DNA of 64,000 nucleotides, from the NCBI GenBank assembly GCA_044226625.1, contig JBGAGQ010000001.1, forward strand, positions 96,001 through 160,000. Direction: 5' to 3'. How positions within the stretch are numbered: position 1 is the stretch's first letter; every line of letters starts with the position of its first letter. Below, in pieces: positions 28,701-39,443 of the stretch. Origin of the DNA: Thermoanaerobaculia bacterium. GTDB lineage: Bacteria > Acidobacteriota > Thermoanaerobaculia > Multivoradales > UBA5704. Under the pieces are notes generated by a model that saw only the letters and a program-made list of their open reading frames with translations, ran no database searches and was not told where the DNA came from. The position numbers and the translations under genes are program-made.

Positions 28701-28940
28701 CGGTCCCGTTCTCTGGAATTACGTCCCGTTCTCTGGATATTCGTCCCGAATCCTGCAGGAAACGTCCCGTATTCTGAATATTCGTCCCGTACTCCACAAA
28801 TTCGTCCCGTATTCTGCGTGTACGTCCCGTACTCCGGATAAGCGTCCCGTATTCCGAATTTACGTCCCGTATTCCGAATTTACGTCCCGTATTCTGAATT
28901 TACGTCCCGTATTCTGAATTTACGTCCCGTATTCTGGACT
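28701..28940. repeat. Tandem array of 12 x ~20 bp units, consensus TACGTCCCGTATTCTGAATT
   Basis: GTCCCG occurs in every unit at a 20-bp period (one 21-bp step); AT-rich relative to flanks; lies between convergent genes. Confidence 0.95.
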
Positions 28941-28969
28941 AAGCGGCGAGCCGCTCTTATTCCAGCTAC

Positions 28970-31900
28970 TTACTGAGCTCCGCGTCGCAGTTCCTTTTCA
29001 ATGCGCTCGGCGACATCGGCGACCGCCGGAGGGCTGAGGAGGCCATGGTGGTCCGCCGCGAGGGGCTCGATCTCAAACGAGCCCAGCGTGAGAGCTCGAC
29101 AATCGGCGATCTGAAGCGCGCGCAGCTCCTCGACGACCTGGGCGGACAGGTGCGCGGGTGAGGTCACCCCCTGGATCAGAAGGACCGGCGTGCGATGCGC
29201 ACGCGGCGAGAAGGCGGCGCCGCCACCGTCTCCGATCGATCTGGGGCGGTGGGTATCGAGCAGGATCAAGCGCTCGGCCGGCCGCCCCAGATCTTCGAGC
29301 CGGGCAGCCATCGCGGAGGCGAGCAGGCCGCCCGTCGACCAGCCGCAGAGCGCGAAGGGACCCTCCGGCCGATGCTCGATCAGCGCGCGGACGTGATGGG
29401 CAGCGAGCGCCTCGAAGTCGTCGAGAGGGGCAGGCGGTGCGACCGGCCAGGTAGCGCCGCCGTCGCAGGCGGACGCTTCGACACCGGGCGCCTCGAGGCC
29501 GAAGACGGCCACCCGCTCGCCGAGCCGCCAGGCGAGTTGGGCGTAACCGTGGACCGCGCCGTCGATCGCGTGGACGCAGAACAGCGCGGTCTCCAACGAG
29601 CGATCCGCCGAGCGGCTCGCCGAGAGCAGGATCGGCGCGCCGCTCGGCCGCCGCGTCCGCTCGCGGATGCGACGAGCCATCTCCTCGACCGTGCCCGCGG
29701 AGTAGAGGTCGGCCAAGCCGAGCGCGACGTCCATCCTTCTCTGGATCTCGGACATGAGCTTCACCGCGAGCAGCGAGTGGCCGCCGAGATCGAAGAAGTG
29801 ATCCGTCACCGAGACCTCGTCGAGACCGAGCGCGCGGCGCCAGATCGCGACCAGCTCGGCTTCGAACCGGTCGCGCGGCGGGACGACCGCGCGCTCTCCC
29901 CCGTCGGGCGCCGGCAGCGCCGCCCGGTCCACCTTACCGTTCACCGTCACCGGCATCGCCGCGAGGAAGACGTAGGCCCCCGGCACCAGGGGAGCGGGCA
30001 CATGCTCGGCGAGACCAGCGCGCAGGCTCGCGGGGGTGAGGCCCGAAGAACCGGAACCGGACGCGGAGCCGTCGCCCGGGCGGTCGGGCACGACGTACGC
30101 GACCAGCCGCTTCTCGCCCGGCGCGGCACCGGGGACGTCGGTTCGGGCGAGCACCGCGGCGTCGAGTACTCCCGGCTGCTCGCGCAGGTGCGCCTCGATC
30201 TCCTGAAGCTCGACGCGCACGCCGCGGATCTTCACCTGCCGATCGACGCGGCCGAGGAACTCGAGCGTGCCGTCAGCGAGGCGTCGCGCGAAGTCGCCGG
30301 TCCGATAGAGGCGCTCTCCCCCCAAGGCGGAAAAGGGATTGGGGACGAAACGCTCGGCGGAGAGGTCGGCGCGGTTCTGGTATCCGAACGTAAGCCCGAC
30401 GCCCGAGGCGAAGACCTCCCCCGCCACTCCGAAAGGAACCGGCTGGCCCGAGGCGTCGAGCAGGTAAGCGCGGGTGTTGGCGATCGGCCGTCCGATCGGC
30501 ACCGAGGGCGACCGCCCCCTTCGGTCGGCGGTCGCGGCGGAGATGGTGAGCGAGGTCTCGGTCGGCCCGTAGACGTTCACCAGGCGGGCGTTCGGGAGCG
30601 CCGAGAACACGCGTCGCGCGAGGGCGCGGTCGAGCGCCTCGCCGCCCGAGACGACTTGACGCAGGGCGGGGGCCCACGCGCCCTCTCCTGGAACCGCGGC
30701 GTCGAGCAGGGCGGCGAGGACCGAGGGGACGAAATCGGCGGCCGTCACCTGCTCCTCTACGATCGAGCGGCCGAGCCGCGCGACGTCGATGTGCTCGCCC
30801 GGCGGCGGCAGGACGATCGACGCTCCGACGATCAAAGGAGCGAAGATCTGCCAGGTCGAGGCGTCGAACCCGATCGACAGGTTCTGGAGCACGCGGTCGT
30901 CGGGCCGCAACGGATAGGCCGCCTGCTGCCAGAGCAGGCGGTTCGCGAGCCCCCGGTGGTGCATCAGCACGCCCTTGGGCTGCCCCGTCGAACCGGAGGT
31001 GTAGACCACGTAGGCGAGGTCGTCCGGCGTAGGCGCGGGCTCCCCGGCCGGCTCGTCTTTCGAGTCCGGCTCCTCCGGCTCGGCCGCTCTCGCCGCCGCC
31101 GGATCGACGACCGTTCCGCGCCAGGTGGAAGGAAGGCGCGCGGAGAGACGCGGATCGGCGATCGCGATCTCCGCCCGCGTGTCGTCGAGCAGGAAGCGTA
31201 GGCGGTCCGCGGGGTGGTCGGGATCGAGCGGCACCGCGACGCCCCCCGCGCGCAGCACCGCGAGGAAAGCAACCGGCAGATCGAGCGAACGTTCGAGGTA
31301 GATCCCGACGGGCGAGCCGAGCCGCAAACCGGAGGCCCGCATCCGGCGGGCGAGCCGCGACGAGAGCCGACCCAGCTCGCCGTAGGTGAGGGTCGCGCCG
31401 CGGAAGCGGGCACACTCGGCGTCGGGACGGAGGGCGACCTGATCCTCCACCCGGCTCGGAAGGGTGCGCGAGAGGTCGAATTGCAGGTCGTCTCCCGCAA
31501 GCTCGACCAGCAGCTGATGGCGCTCGCCGGGCGAGAGCAGGTCGAGCCGATCGAGCGGCGTCGTGGGATGCGCCGCGACGGCCGCGACGAGTGCCGCGAG
31601 CCCCTCGGCCAGACGTGCCACGGTCGCCGCTTCATAGAGATCGGTGCGGTACTCGAAGGTGCCGGAGAGTCCGTCGATCTCTTCCGTCATCGACAGGCTG
31701 AGCTCGAAGCGGGACGTGCCGCTGTGAGCTTCGGTCGGTACGATCTCGAACACCGAATCGAATCGATCGGAGCGGAACGCGTTCTGGAGCGCGAAGCCGA
31801 GCTGGACGAAAGGCATGCGGCCGCTCTCGCGCTCCGGGCGCAGCGCCTCGACCAGGCGCACGAACGGCAGGTCTTGGTGGGCGAAGGCGTCGAGACAGAA

Positions 31901-33349
31901 CTCGCGCGTAGCGGCGAGCAGCGAGGCGAAACTGCGCACACCGGTCGCGTTCTCGGCTCCGCCGCCGCACGCCGGCTCGGCCGACGATTCGTTGACGTCT
32001 AGGCGGAGCACCAACATGTTGGTAAAGAAGCCGACCAGTCCCTCGCTCGCCGGATGGAGCCGGCCGGCGAACGGCACCGAATGGAGCTGGTCGCGTTGCC
32101 ACGAGCGGCGGTAGAGCAGCGCGCCCCAGGCGGCGAGAAGGGTCATGAACAGCGTGGCGCCGTGGCCGCGGGCAAGCTCCGCCAGTCCGGCGAGCCGATC
32201 GGATGCGAGGAAGAACGAGCGGCTCGCCCCGGGGTTTCGCCCGCCGCGCCCCGCCACGGCGGCCCGATCGGCGATCCCTTCGAGGTGCTGCGGCGCATCG
32301 CGCAGCTGGCGTTCCCAGAACGACAGAAGCTCCCGGCCCCGCTCCCCCTCGATCGCCGCGTCCTGGTGGGCGGCGACGTCCGCGTACTGGAGCTCGAGCG
32401 GCAGAAACGGCGGCGGTGCGGCCGAGGCGTTGTGGCGAAACGCGCGGTAGAGAGTCGCCAGCTCGCGCAACATGACGCCGATCGACCAACCGTCGGAGGC
32501 GATGTGATGCATCGTCAGTACGAACCGATGTCCGGCGGCCCCGAGCAGCAAGCCGCCGCGGAGCATCGCGTCACGCGCGAGGTCGAAGGGTCGCCGCAGA
32601 AGTTCCTCGGTGAGCGTGTGCTCCATGCCGGCGAACCGGCGGGGATCGAGCGCCGATCCGTCGATCGTCGCAAACGGCGGCCGCAGCGCTGGATCGACGA
32701 TCTGATGCGGCTCGCCGTCGATCGCCTCGAAGCGGGTGCGCAGCACCTCGTGCCGCTCACCGAGCGCGTCGAGCGCGCGACGGAGAGCGGCAACGTCTGG
32801 CGAATGCTCGCGCAGGCGGACGACGACCAGCAGGTTGTAGCTCGCGTCCCCCGCGTCGCCCCCCTCCGCCGCCGCTCGAAGCCGATCGAGGTACCAGAGC
32901 TGGCGCTGCGCGAGCGACGCCGGGAGCGGCTCGCCCCGCGGGAGACGCACCGGACCGGGCGGAGTGCCGAGCGGGCCTTCGATCCGATCCCGCTCCCGAT
33001 CGTTCGCAGCTGCTGGACCGACGCCCCGCTCCCCTGGCTCCTCGAGCGCCCGCGCCATCGCTCCGAGCGTCGGATGCTCGAACAACAGCCGCGGCGGGAC
33101 CTCGCGCCCTAATCGCTCGCGCACGCGCAGGAGGAGCTGCAGGGCGTGGAGCGAGTGCCCCCCCGATTCGAAGAAGTCGTCGTCGAGGGAGACCTCGGCG
33201 CGGCCGAGGACCTCGCGCCAAAGGTCGGCGAGGCGCAGTTCGAGCGGACTTTCGGGCGTTCGATTCCTCCGTTCCGCGCCATCGCCGATCCGGTCGAGCG
33301 GCCCAGCCTCACCCGCCGATGCGACGGCGCACGACCCCCTGTCCGTCAC
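28970..33349 (-). CDS. NRPS, T-C-A-T-TE architecture
   Basis: GTG start overlaps the SDR stop; FFESGGHSL (T1), HHIASDGWS (C), YTSGSTGQPKG/YGPTE/YRTGD/NGKVDR (A), FFDLGGHSL (T2), GWSTGG (TE). Confidence 0.93.
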   Translation of the reverse strand: MTDRGSCAVASAGEAGPLDRIGDGAERRNRTPESPLELRLADLWREVLGRAEVSLDDDFFESGGHSLHALQLLLRVRERLGREVPPRLLFEHPTLGAMARALEEPGERGVGPAAANDRERDRIEGPLGTPPGPVRLPRGEPLPASLAQRQLWYLDRLRAAAEGGDAGDASYNLLVVVRLREHSPDVAALRRALDALGERHEVLRTRFEAIDGEPHQIVDPALRPPFATIDGSALDPRRFAGMEHTLTEELLRRPFDLARDAMLRGGLLLGAAGHRFVLTMHHIASDGWSIGVMLRELATLYRAFRHNASAAPPPFLPLELQYADVAAHQDAAIEGERGRELLSFWERQLRDAPQHLEGIADRAAVAGRGGRNPGASRSFFLASDRLAGLAELARGHGATLFMTLLAAWGALLYRRSWQRDQLHSVPFAGRLHPASEGLVGFFTNMLVLRLDVNESSAEPACGGGAENATGVRSFASLLAATREFCLDAFAHQDLPFVRLVEALRPERESGRMPFVQLGFALQNAFRSDRFDSVFEIVPTEAHSGTSRFELSLSMTEEIDGLSGTFEYRTDLYEAATVARLAEGLAALVAAVAAHPTTPLDRLDLLSPGERHQLLVELAGDDLQFDLSRTLPSRVEDQVALRPDAECARFRGATLTYGELGRLSSRLARRMRASGLRLGSPVGIYLERSLDLPVAFLAVLRAGGVAVPLDPDHPADRLRFLLDDTRAEIAIADPRLSARLPSTWRGTVVDPAAARAAEPEEPDSKDEPAGEPAPTPDDLAYVVYTSGSTGQPKGVLMHHRGLANRLLWQQAAYPLRPDDRVLQNLSIGFDASTWQIFAPLIVGASIVLPPPGEHIDVARLGRSIVEEQVTAADFVPSVLAALLDAAVPGEGAWAPALRQVVSGGEALDRALARRVFSALPNARLVNVYGPTETSLTISAATADRRGRSPSVPIGRPIANTRAYLLDASGQPVPFGVAGEVFASGVGLTFGYQNRADLSAERFVPNPFSALGGERLYRTGDFARRLADGTLEFLGRVDRQVKIRGVRVELQEIEAHLREQPGVLDAAVLARTDVPGAAPGEKRLVAYVVPDRPGDGSASGSGSSGLTPASLRAGLAEHVPAPLVPGAYVFLAAMPVTVNGKVDRAALPAPDGGERAVVPPRDRFEAELVAIWRRALGLDEVSVTDHFFDLGGHSLLAVKLMSEIQRRMDVALGLADLYSAGTVEEMARRIRERTRRPSGAPILLSASRSADRSLETALFCVHAIDGAVHGYAQLAWRLGERVAVFGLEAPGVEASACDGGATWPVAPPAPLDDFEALAAHHVRALIEHRPEGPFALCGWSTGGLLASAMAARLEDLGRPAERLILLDTHRPRSIGDGGGAAFSPRAHRTPVLLIQGVTSPAHLSAQVVEELRALQIADCRALTLGSFEIEPLAADHHGLLSPPAVADVAERIEKELRRGAQ

Positions 33350-34290
33350 GTGCTGACCACGTAGGCGCCGCCGTTCACGGTCAGGTTGTTGCCGGTCGAA
33401 AACGCCGCCCGGCCCGACAGGAACAGGTCGATCGCCTCGAACAACTCGTCCGGCTCGCCGTAGCGCGCCATCGGAAACCCATTGAGAATCCGTCCGCGCA
33501 TCGCTTCGACGCTCGGCAGGTGGGAGAGCCCGGCGTCGATCATCCCGGGCGAGACCGCGTTGATGCTCACCCCGAAGCGCCCGAGCTCCGGCGCGAGATC
33601 GCGCACGAAATGGAGCAGCATCGACTTCGAGACCTTGTAGGGCACGGGATCGAAGACGTCCGGGTTGAGCGCGCCCGAGCTCGACTGGAGGACGATCGCC
33701 CGCCGCCGCCGCAGGTTGTCGAGCCGAGCCTCGGGCCGCGCCCAGCGCCGGCCGAGCTCGTGGAGCGCCTCCCACACGGAGAGCGCGTTCACTTGGACGA
33801 GCGCACGCATCGAGTCGCCTCCGAAGCTCGACGGCGGGCCAACGCGGACGGTAGCGCCGTCCGGCTCGAACGTCGTCGTGCCATGGTTGAACAGGACGGC
33901 GTCGATCTCGGCTGCGCAGTCACCGGACGGGTCGAGCAGCCGGCGGAACGCCGCACCGAAAGCGCCCGGCACGGCGGCGTCGGCGACGAAGCCGTGCAGC
34001 CGGTCGGCGGCGCCGACGATCCCCTCGGCGAGCGGCGCGATGCGTTCCTCGCCGACGCCGAAGCTCGCGTGGGCGAAAACGGTCGCCCCCCGCTCGAGCC
34101 AGCGGCGAGCGAGCGCCGCGCCGATGCCGCGGCTCGCGCCCGTCACCACGACGCTGCGGCCGGCCCAGGAACCGGCTATCTCCGCCTCGGCCCCTGGCTC
34201 GAGCGCGTCGAAGGGGAGGCGAAGCTCGACGCCCGCGGCCGAGTCGCCCCGCTCAAGAATCGCTGCCGGTCGCACGGTAGGCCTCGCCAT
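33346..34290 (-). CDS. Short-chain dehydrogenase/reductase (SDR)
   Basis: TGASRGIG, YKVSK, INAVSPG and TG..LTVNGG motifs; start uncertain. Confidence 0.88.
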   Translation of the reverse strand: MARPTVRPAAILERGDSAAGVELRLPFDALEPGAEAEIAGSWAGRSVVVTGASRGIGAALARRWLERGATVFAHASFGVGEERIAPLAEGIVGAADRLHGFVADAAVPGAFGAAFRRLLDPSGDCAAEIDAVLFNHGTTTFEPDGATVRVGPPSSFGGDSMRALVQVNALSVWEALHELGRRWARPEARLDNLRRRRAIVLQSSSGALNPDVFDPVPYKVSKSMLLHFVRDLAPELGRFGVSINAVSPGMIDAGLSHLPSVEAMRGRILNGFPMARYGEPDELFEAIDLFLSGRAAFSTGNNLTVNGGAYVVST

Positions 34291-35368
34291 AGAACTTTCG
34301 GGTAATTCGCGTGTGGAACGTGAGCGCATCGATCGGCTCGTAACGCGGCCGCTCGAAACACGGCAGGACCTCGACCACGTCGGTCTCGCGCAGATAGACG
34401 AAGAGCGGAAACGAGGTGCGCGGCCGGCGGCGCAGCTCGGGATCGCGCGGCGGGCTCACCCGATGGGTCGAGGACCGGAAGAGGTCGTTGGTGATGCATT
34501 GGAGGTAGTCGCCGGCATTGACCACGATCGTTCCCGGCGCGGGGGTCAGGCGAATCCAGCGGCCGGTTTCACGATGAAAGACCTGGAGGCCCTCGACCGG
34601 GCTCGCCGGCAGCAACGTAAAAAGCGTCACGTCCTCGTGACCGAGCAGACGCGCGGCGCCCAGCTTCTCGTCGCTCTCCGAAAGCCCCTGGTAGTAGTTG
34701 AGGCGCAGGGCGCAGAGCGTGTCGCGCAGACGCTCGTCGTAGAGGTCGACCGGACAGCCCAGCTCGCCTAGGATCGCGCGCATGAGGGGCAAGGCGAGAG
34801 GCGCGAGCGTCTGGTAAAGCCGGCGGAAGAAACGCTCGTCTTCCGAATCGGGCCAGAACCTCGCGAGGGCCTCGGCGCTGCCCCCGGATTCGGCGCCGCC
34901 CCCGAGCTGAAACGCCCGGGTCGCGAAGACCCACCCTTCGACCAGATCCGGGTGCGCCTGGGTCGATTTCTTGAACGGAAAATAGCCCTGATTGACCGAG
35001 CCGTGGCGCTGGGCGAGATACCGCGCCTTGACCTCGGCGGGGGTTCGCTCGAAAAGGTTTCGCGTGCGCCGGTCGGCCTCTTCGAACAGCGCCGGGTCGA
35101 TGCCGTGATCGGTGAGATAGACGAAGCCGACGTCGGAGAGCCCTCGGGTGAGCGCCTCGCCGAAGGCCCGGACGTCCGCGGCGTCGCCGCCGTGAAGGCG
35201 GGCGAGGCTCAGGGTTTCGAGCCGGCTGTCCTCCTCGAATTGCTCTGAAGCCTGCTCGGCGTGAAAGTAAACCTTCACTTTGTCGACCTGCTCGAACCGT
35301 CGGTGATCCAGATTCGTCGTGGCCAGGTGGGGGGTGGCGGGAGCCGCGCCGCCGTCGGGTGCGCTCAT
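34253..35368 (-). CDS. 2-oxoglutarate/Fe(II) oxygenase, isopenicillin-N-synthase-like fold
   Basis: GFVYLTDHGI, LRLNYY, HED (HxD), THRV and RTS motifs; AGGAGG RBS. Confidence 0.92.
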   Translation of the reverse strand: MSAPDGGAAPATPHLATTNLDHRRFEQVDKVKVYFHAEQASEQFEEDSRLETLSLARLHGGDAADVRAFGEALTRGLSDVGFVYLTDHGIDPALFEEADRRTRNLFERTPAEVKARYLAQRHGSVNQGYFPFKKSTQAHPDLVEGWVFATRAFQLGGGAESGGSAEALARFWPDSEDERFFRRLYQTLAPLALPLMRAILGELGCPVDLYDERLRDTLCALRLNYYQGLSESDEKLGAARLLGHEDVTLFTLLPASPVEGLQVFHRETGRWIRLTPAPGTIVVNAGDYLQCITNDLFRSSTHRVSPPRDPELRRRPRTSFPLFVYLRETDVVEVLPCFERPRYEPIDALTFHTRITRKFYGEAYRATGSDS

Positions 35369-35503
35369 CGGGTACGTCCTCCTGGGAGGTAAGGCGTCAA
35401 AGGAGGAGCGGGCCTATCAGCGGGACGAGCGCCTCGTCCGCCGCGTACGTTCGAAGATCGGTTTGGGTCGTGCCCTTCGGGAGGAACGACGCGCCCGCGG
35501 GGA

Positions 35504-37288
<1,785 letters not shown>

Positions 37289-37358
37289 GGTGGTCGAAGT
37301 GTATAGGGGGCCGCCCCCCGGTTCCCTCCCCGACGGGGTCGGCCCTTGAACCGTCCAG

Positions 37359-38465
37359 CTACTGCCCGGAGCTCTTGGGCTCCGGATCGGGCAGGGGGTC
37401 TCGAGCCGGCGGCGCGAGATCGAGCGTCGGAGCCGTCGGGTCGCTGATCGAATAGGAGCGGATCAGCCGGCGAGAAGAAACCGGCTCGCCGTCGCCGCCG
37501 CGCGACTTGAGCGCGTAAGAGACGACGTATCGCGGTTCGATCACCACGCTCTGGCCCGGCCCCGCCTCGTCCGGCATCGCGTACATCACCCTCGCCCACG
37601 CGATGTCGGCGTCGGCCCAGGTCGGCACGTCCTGATGGAGGAACCGTTCGCGCGCCTCGTCGCTCTCGATCCGGCGCACCTGCCAACCGCCCGCGCCGAC
37701 CGGCCGCTCGACACCGTCGGCGCCGATCTGCGAGGCGATCGTCACTCCGCCGAAACGAAACTCGGAGAGATGGCCCGCGACGTCGACCGCGAGGCGCAGG
37801 CCGGCGTTCGCGACCTCGATGCCGCCGATCGATCGGCGCAGCGTGAACCGGTAGTCGACGCGGGTCGACTCGAAGGCCGTACTCTCGACCGTGCCCGCGA
37901 GCCTCCAGGCCGAAGCGACCTCGACGGCCCCCCAGTCGTACTGCCGCGCGTCGACCGCGCCGCTCTCCGCGAGCCGATTGAACGCGGCGTGCGCCACCTC
38001 GCGCGCCGTCGCCTCGGTCACCGGCGCGCCGCTCGGCGAGCCGTAGGCCGAGGCAAGGTCGAGGGCGCGAAACTCGTCGTAAGACGGGAGGTAGCGCACC
38101 TGCCAGGTCGGCGCTCCGGGAATCGAGACCACGAAGCGGCGCACCGCGCCCCCGGGCGCATCCTCAGGATGGACCTCGACGGCGCCGGCCGCCGCGCCGA
38201 ACAGCGCCTGGGCGATCGCCTGAGCGCGCGCGGCGATCTGCTCGGGCGTCTTCGAGACCCAAGTCATCTCGAAGCTCGGCACTAGGTCGCCCACCCGCGG
38301 GTCGCGAGGTTGGGCGCCTACCGGCGCGACGCCGGCGAGAAACAAACCGAGGACGAAGGGGAGACCGAAGGCGAGAGAACGTTTGAAATCGGCTCGGCGG
38401 AACACGAGCGCCCGGGCCGCCGCGGGCCGCAGGAGGTTGAGGAAAGTCCAGGTTTTTCCGTTCAT
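37359..38465 (-). CDS. Secreted hypothetical protein (~368 aa)
   Basis: AAGGAG RBS; hydrophobic signal (..GVAPVGA|Q); beta-rich body including YRFTLRRSIGGIEV. Confidence 0.75.
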   Translation of the reverse strand: MNGKTWTFLNLLRPAAARALVFRRADFKRSLAFGLPFVLGLFLAGVAPVGAQPRDPRVGDLVPSFEMTWVSKTPEQIAARAQAIAQALFGAAAGAVEVHPEDAPGGAVRRFVVSIPGAPTWQVRYLPSYDEFRALDLASAYGSPSGAPVTEATAREVAHAAFNRLAESGAVDARQYDWGAVEVASAWRLAGTVESTAFESTRVDYRFTLRRSIGGIEVANAGLRLAVDVAGHLSEFRFGGVTIASQIGADGVERPVGAGGWQVRRIESDEARERFLHQDVPTWADADIAWARVMYAMPDEAGPGQSVVIEPRYVVSYALKSRGGDGEPVSSRRLIRSYSISDPTAPTLDLAPPARDPLPDPEPKSSGQ

Positions 38466-38506
38466 GATCGTTCGAGGCTCCTTGCGTGATGGTGGGTGAA
38501 TTCGCA

Positions 38507-39304
38507 TCAACAGCCGCTCGCGCCGTGGTCGATCATCAACGCGCAAGCGGCTCCGAACGGTTCGGGCGGATCGGTCAGCAAGACGCCCACACGCAGTCGC
38601 GCGGCGTTCTGGATCGCAAGGCAGTCGTTGCCGTTCGCGCCGAAGGTCATGGCGATCGGCGAGTTGTCGCCGGTGAACCAACCCGGCCGGTCCTCCATCT
38701 CCTGGATCCATGCGTGCGCGTTGTCCAGGTTGTTCGTCGCCTCGTAGAAGTCGCGCGGCTGGTCGTTCTTGATCGACGGTGAGTTGTGGTACCCGAACGA
38801 CTGGCGGATCTGATTGCGGAAGTGGCGTTGGAGCGCATTGGTGTTGAGCGTGCAGCTGGTGGCGTACATCGCGTAGTCCGCATGGTCGCCCGCGAGCGTT
38901 CCCAGCCGCGCCTGGGTGTCGAGCGTCACAGTGCACATCCCCAGGCGCATGAAACCGAACTGGAGCAGCGCGCGGTTGCCATGTCCGGCGTAGACCGCGA
39001 GCGTCTTGGAGTCGCCGTAAAGGTCGTCGACGCCCGAGATGCCCGGAAAGGTCTGCTCGTAGAAGTCCTGCGGCCATGCGCTCGCGTTGGTGAAGCGCTG
39101 GCCGGTCCAGCCGTCGTTGACGAGGCTCGTGCGCAGGCTGCTCGTCACGTCGTTCAGGTCTGTGTTCTCGCATCCGTTGCCGGTGAAATCGGTCGATTCG
39201 TCGATGTAGAAGCTCTTGCCCGCCGCGCCGGCTCCTTGGAATGCGGCGAGCCAAGGCAAGCAGAAGAACAGCAAGGCGTACGAAGCACTCCTGAGCGGTC
39301 TCAT
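38507..39304 (-). CDS. Secreted protein with putative caspase-like His/Cys dyad (DUF6345-like)
   Basis: Signal peptide; AVYAGHG and MYATSC motifs; several Cys; AAAGGAAG RBS. Confidence 0.65.
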   Translation of the reverse strand: MRPLRSASYALLFFCLPWLAAFQGAGAAGKSFYIDESTDFTGNGCENTDLNDVTSSLRTSLVNDGWTGQRFTNASAWPQDFYEQTFPGISGVDDLYGDSKTLAVYAGHGNRALLQFGFMRLGMCTVTLDTQARLGTLAGDHADYAMYATSCTLNTNALQRHFRNQIRQSFGYHNSPSIKNDQPRDFYEATNNLDNAHAWIQEMEDRPGWFTGDNSPIAMTFGANGNDCLAIQNAARLRVGVLLTDPPEPFGAACALMIDHGASGC

Positions 39305-39443
39305 GGATCAGCTTCCTTTCGATTCCGGCTTCGGAGCCGGGTCCTTGAAGCGCAGGAGGGGATTCCTCCAGCGATGTGCGCACGCGCAGCCTCCCCCTCG
39401 ATCGCACGGAAAGCGGCCGAGGGGGGCGGCCGTCGTGCGGTAA

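Noticed and set aside
28701-28940. CRISPR array
   Set aside because: The period is only 20 bp, the variable parts are related to each other rather than unique spacers, and there are no cas genes in the window.
33350-33775. N-terminal 142 aa of the 1601-aa NRPS ORF
   Set aside because: It overlaps the SDR in another frame and is low-complexity Arg/Ala/Gly. The GTG at 33349, coupled to the SDR stop, is the better start.
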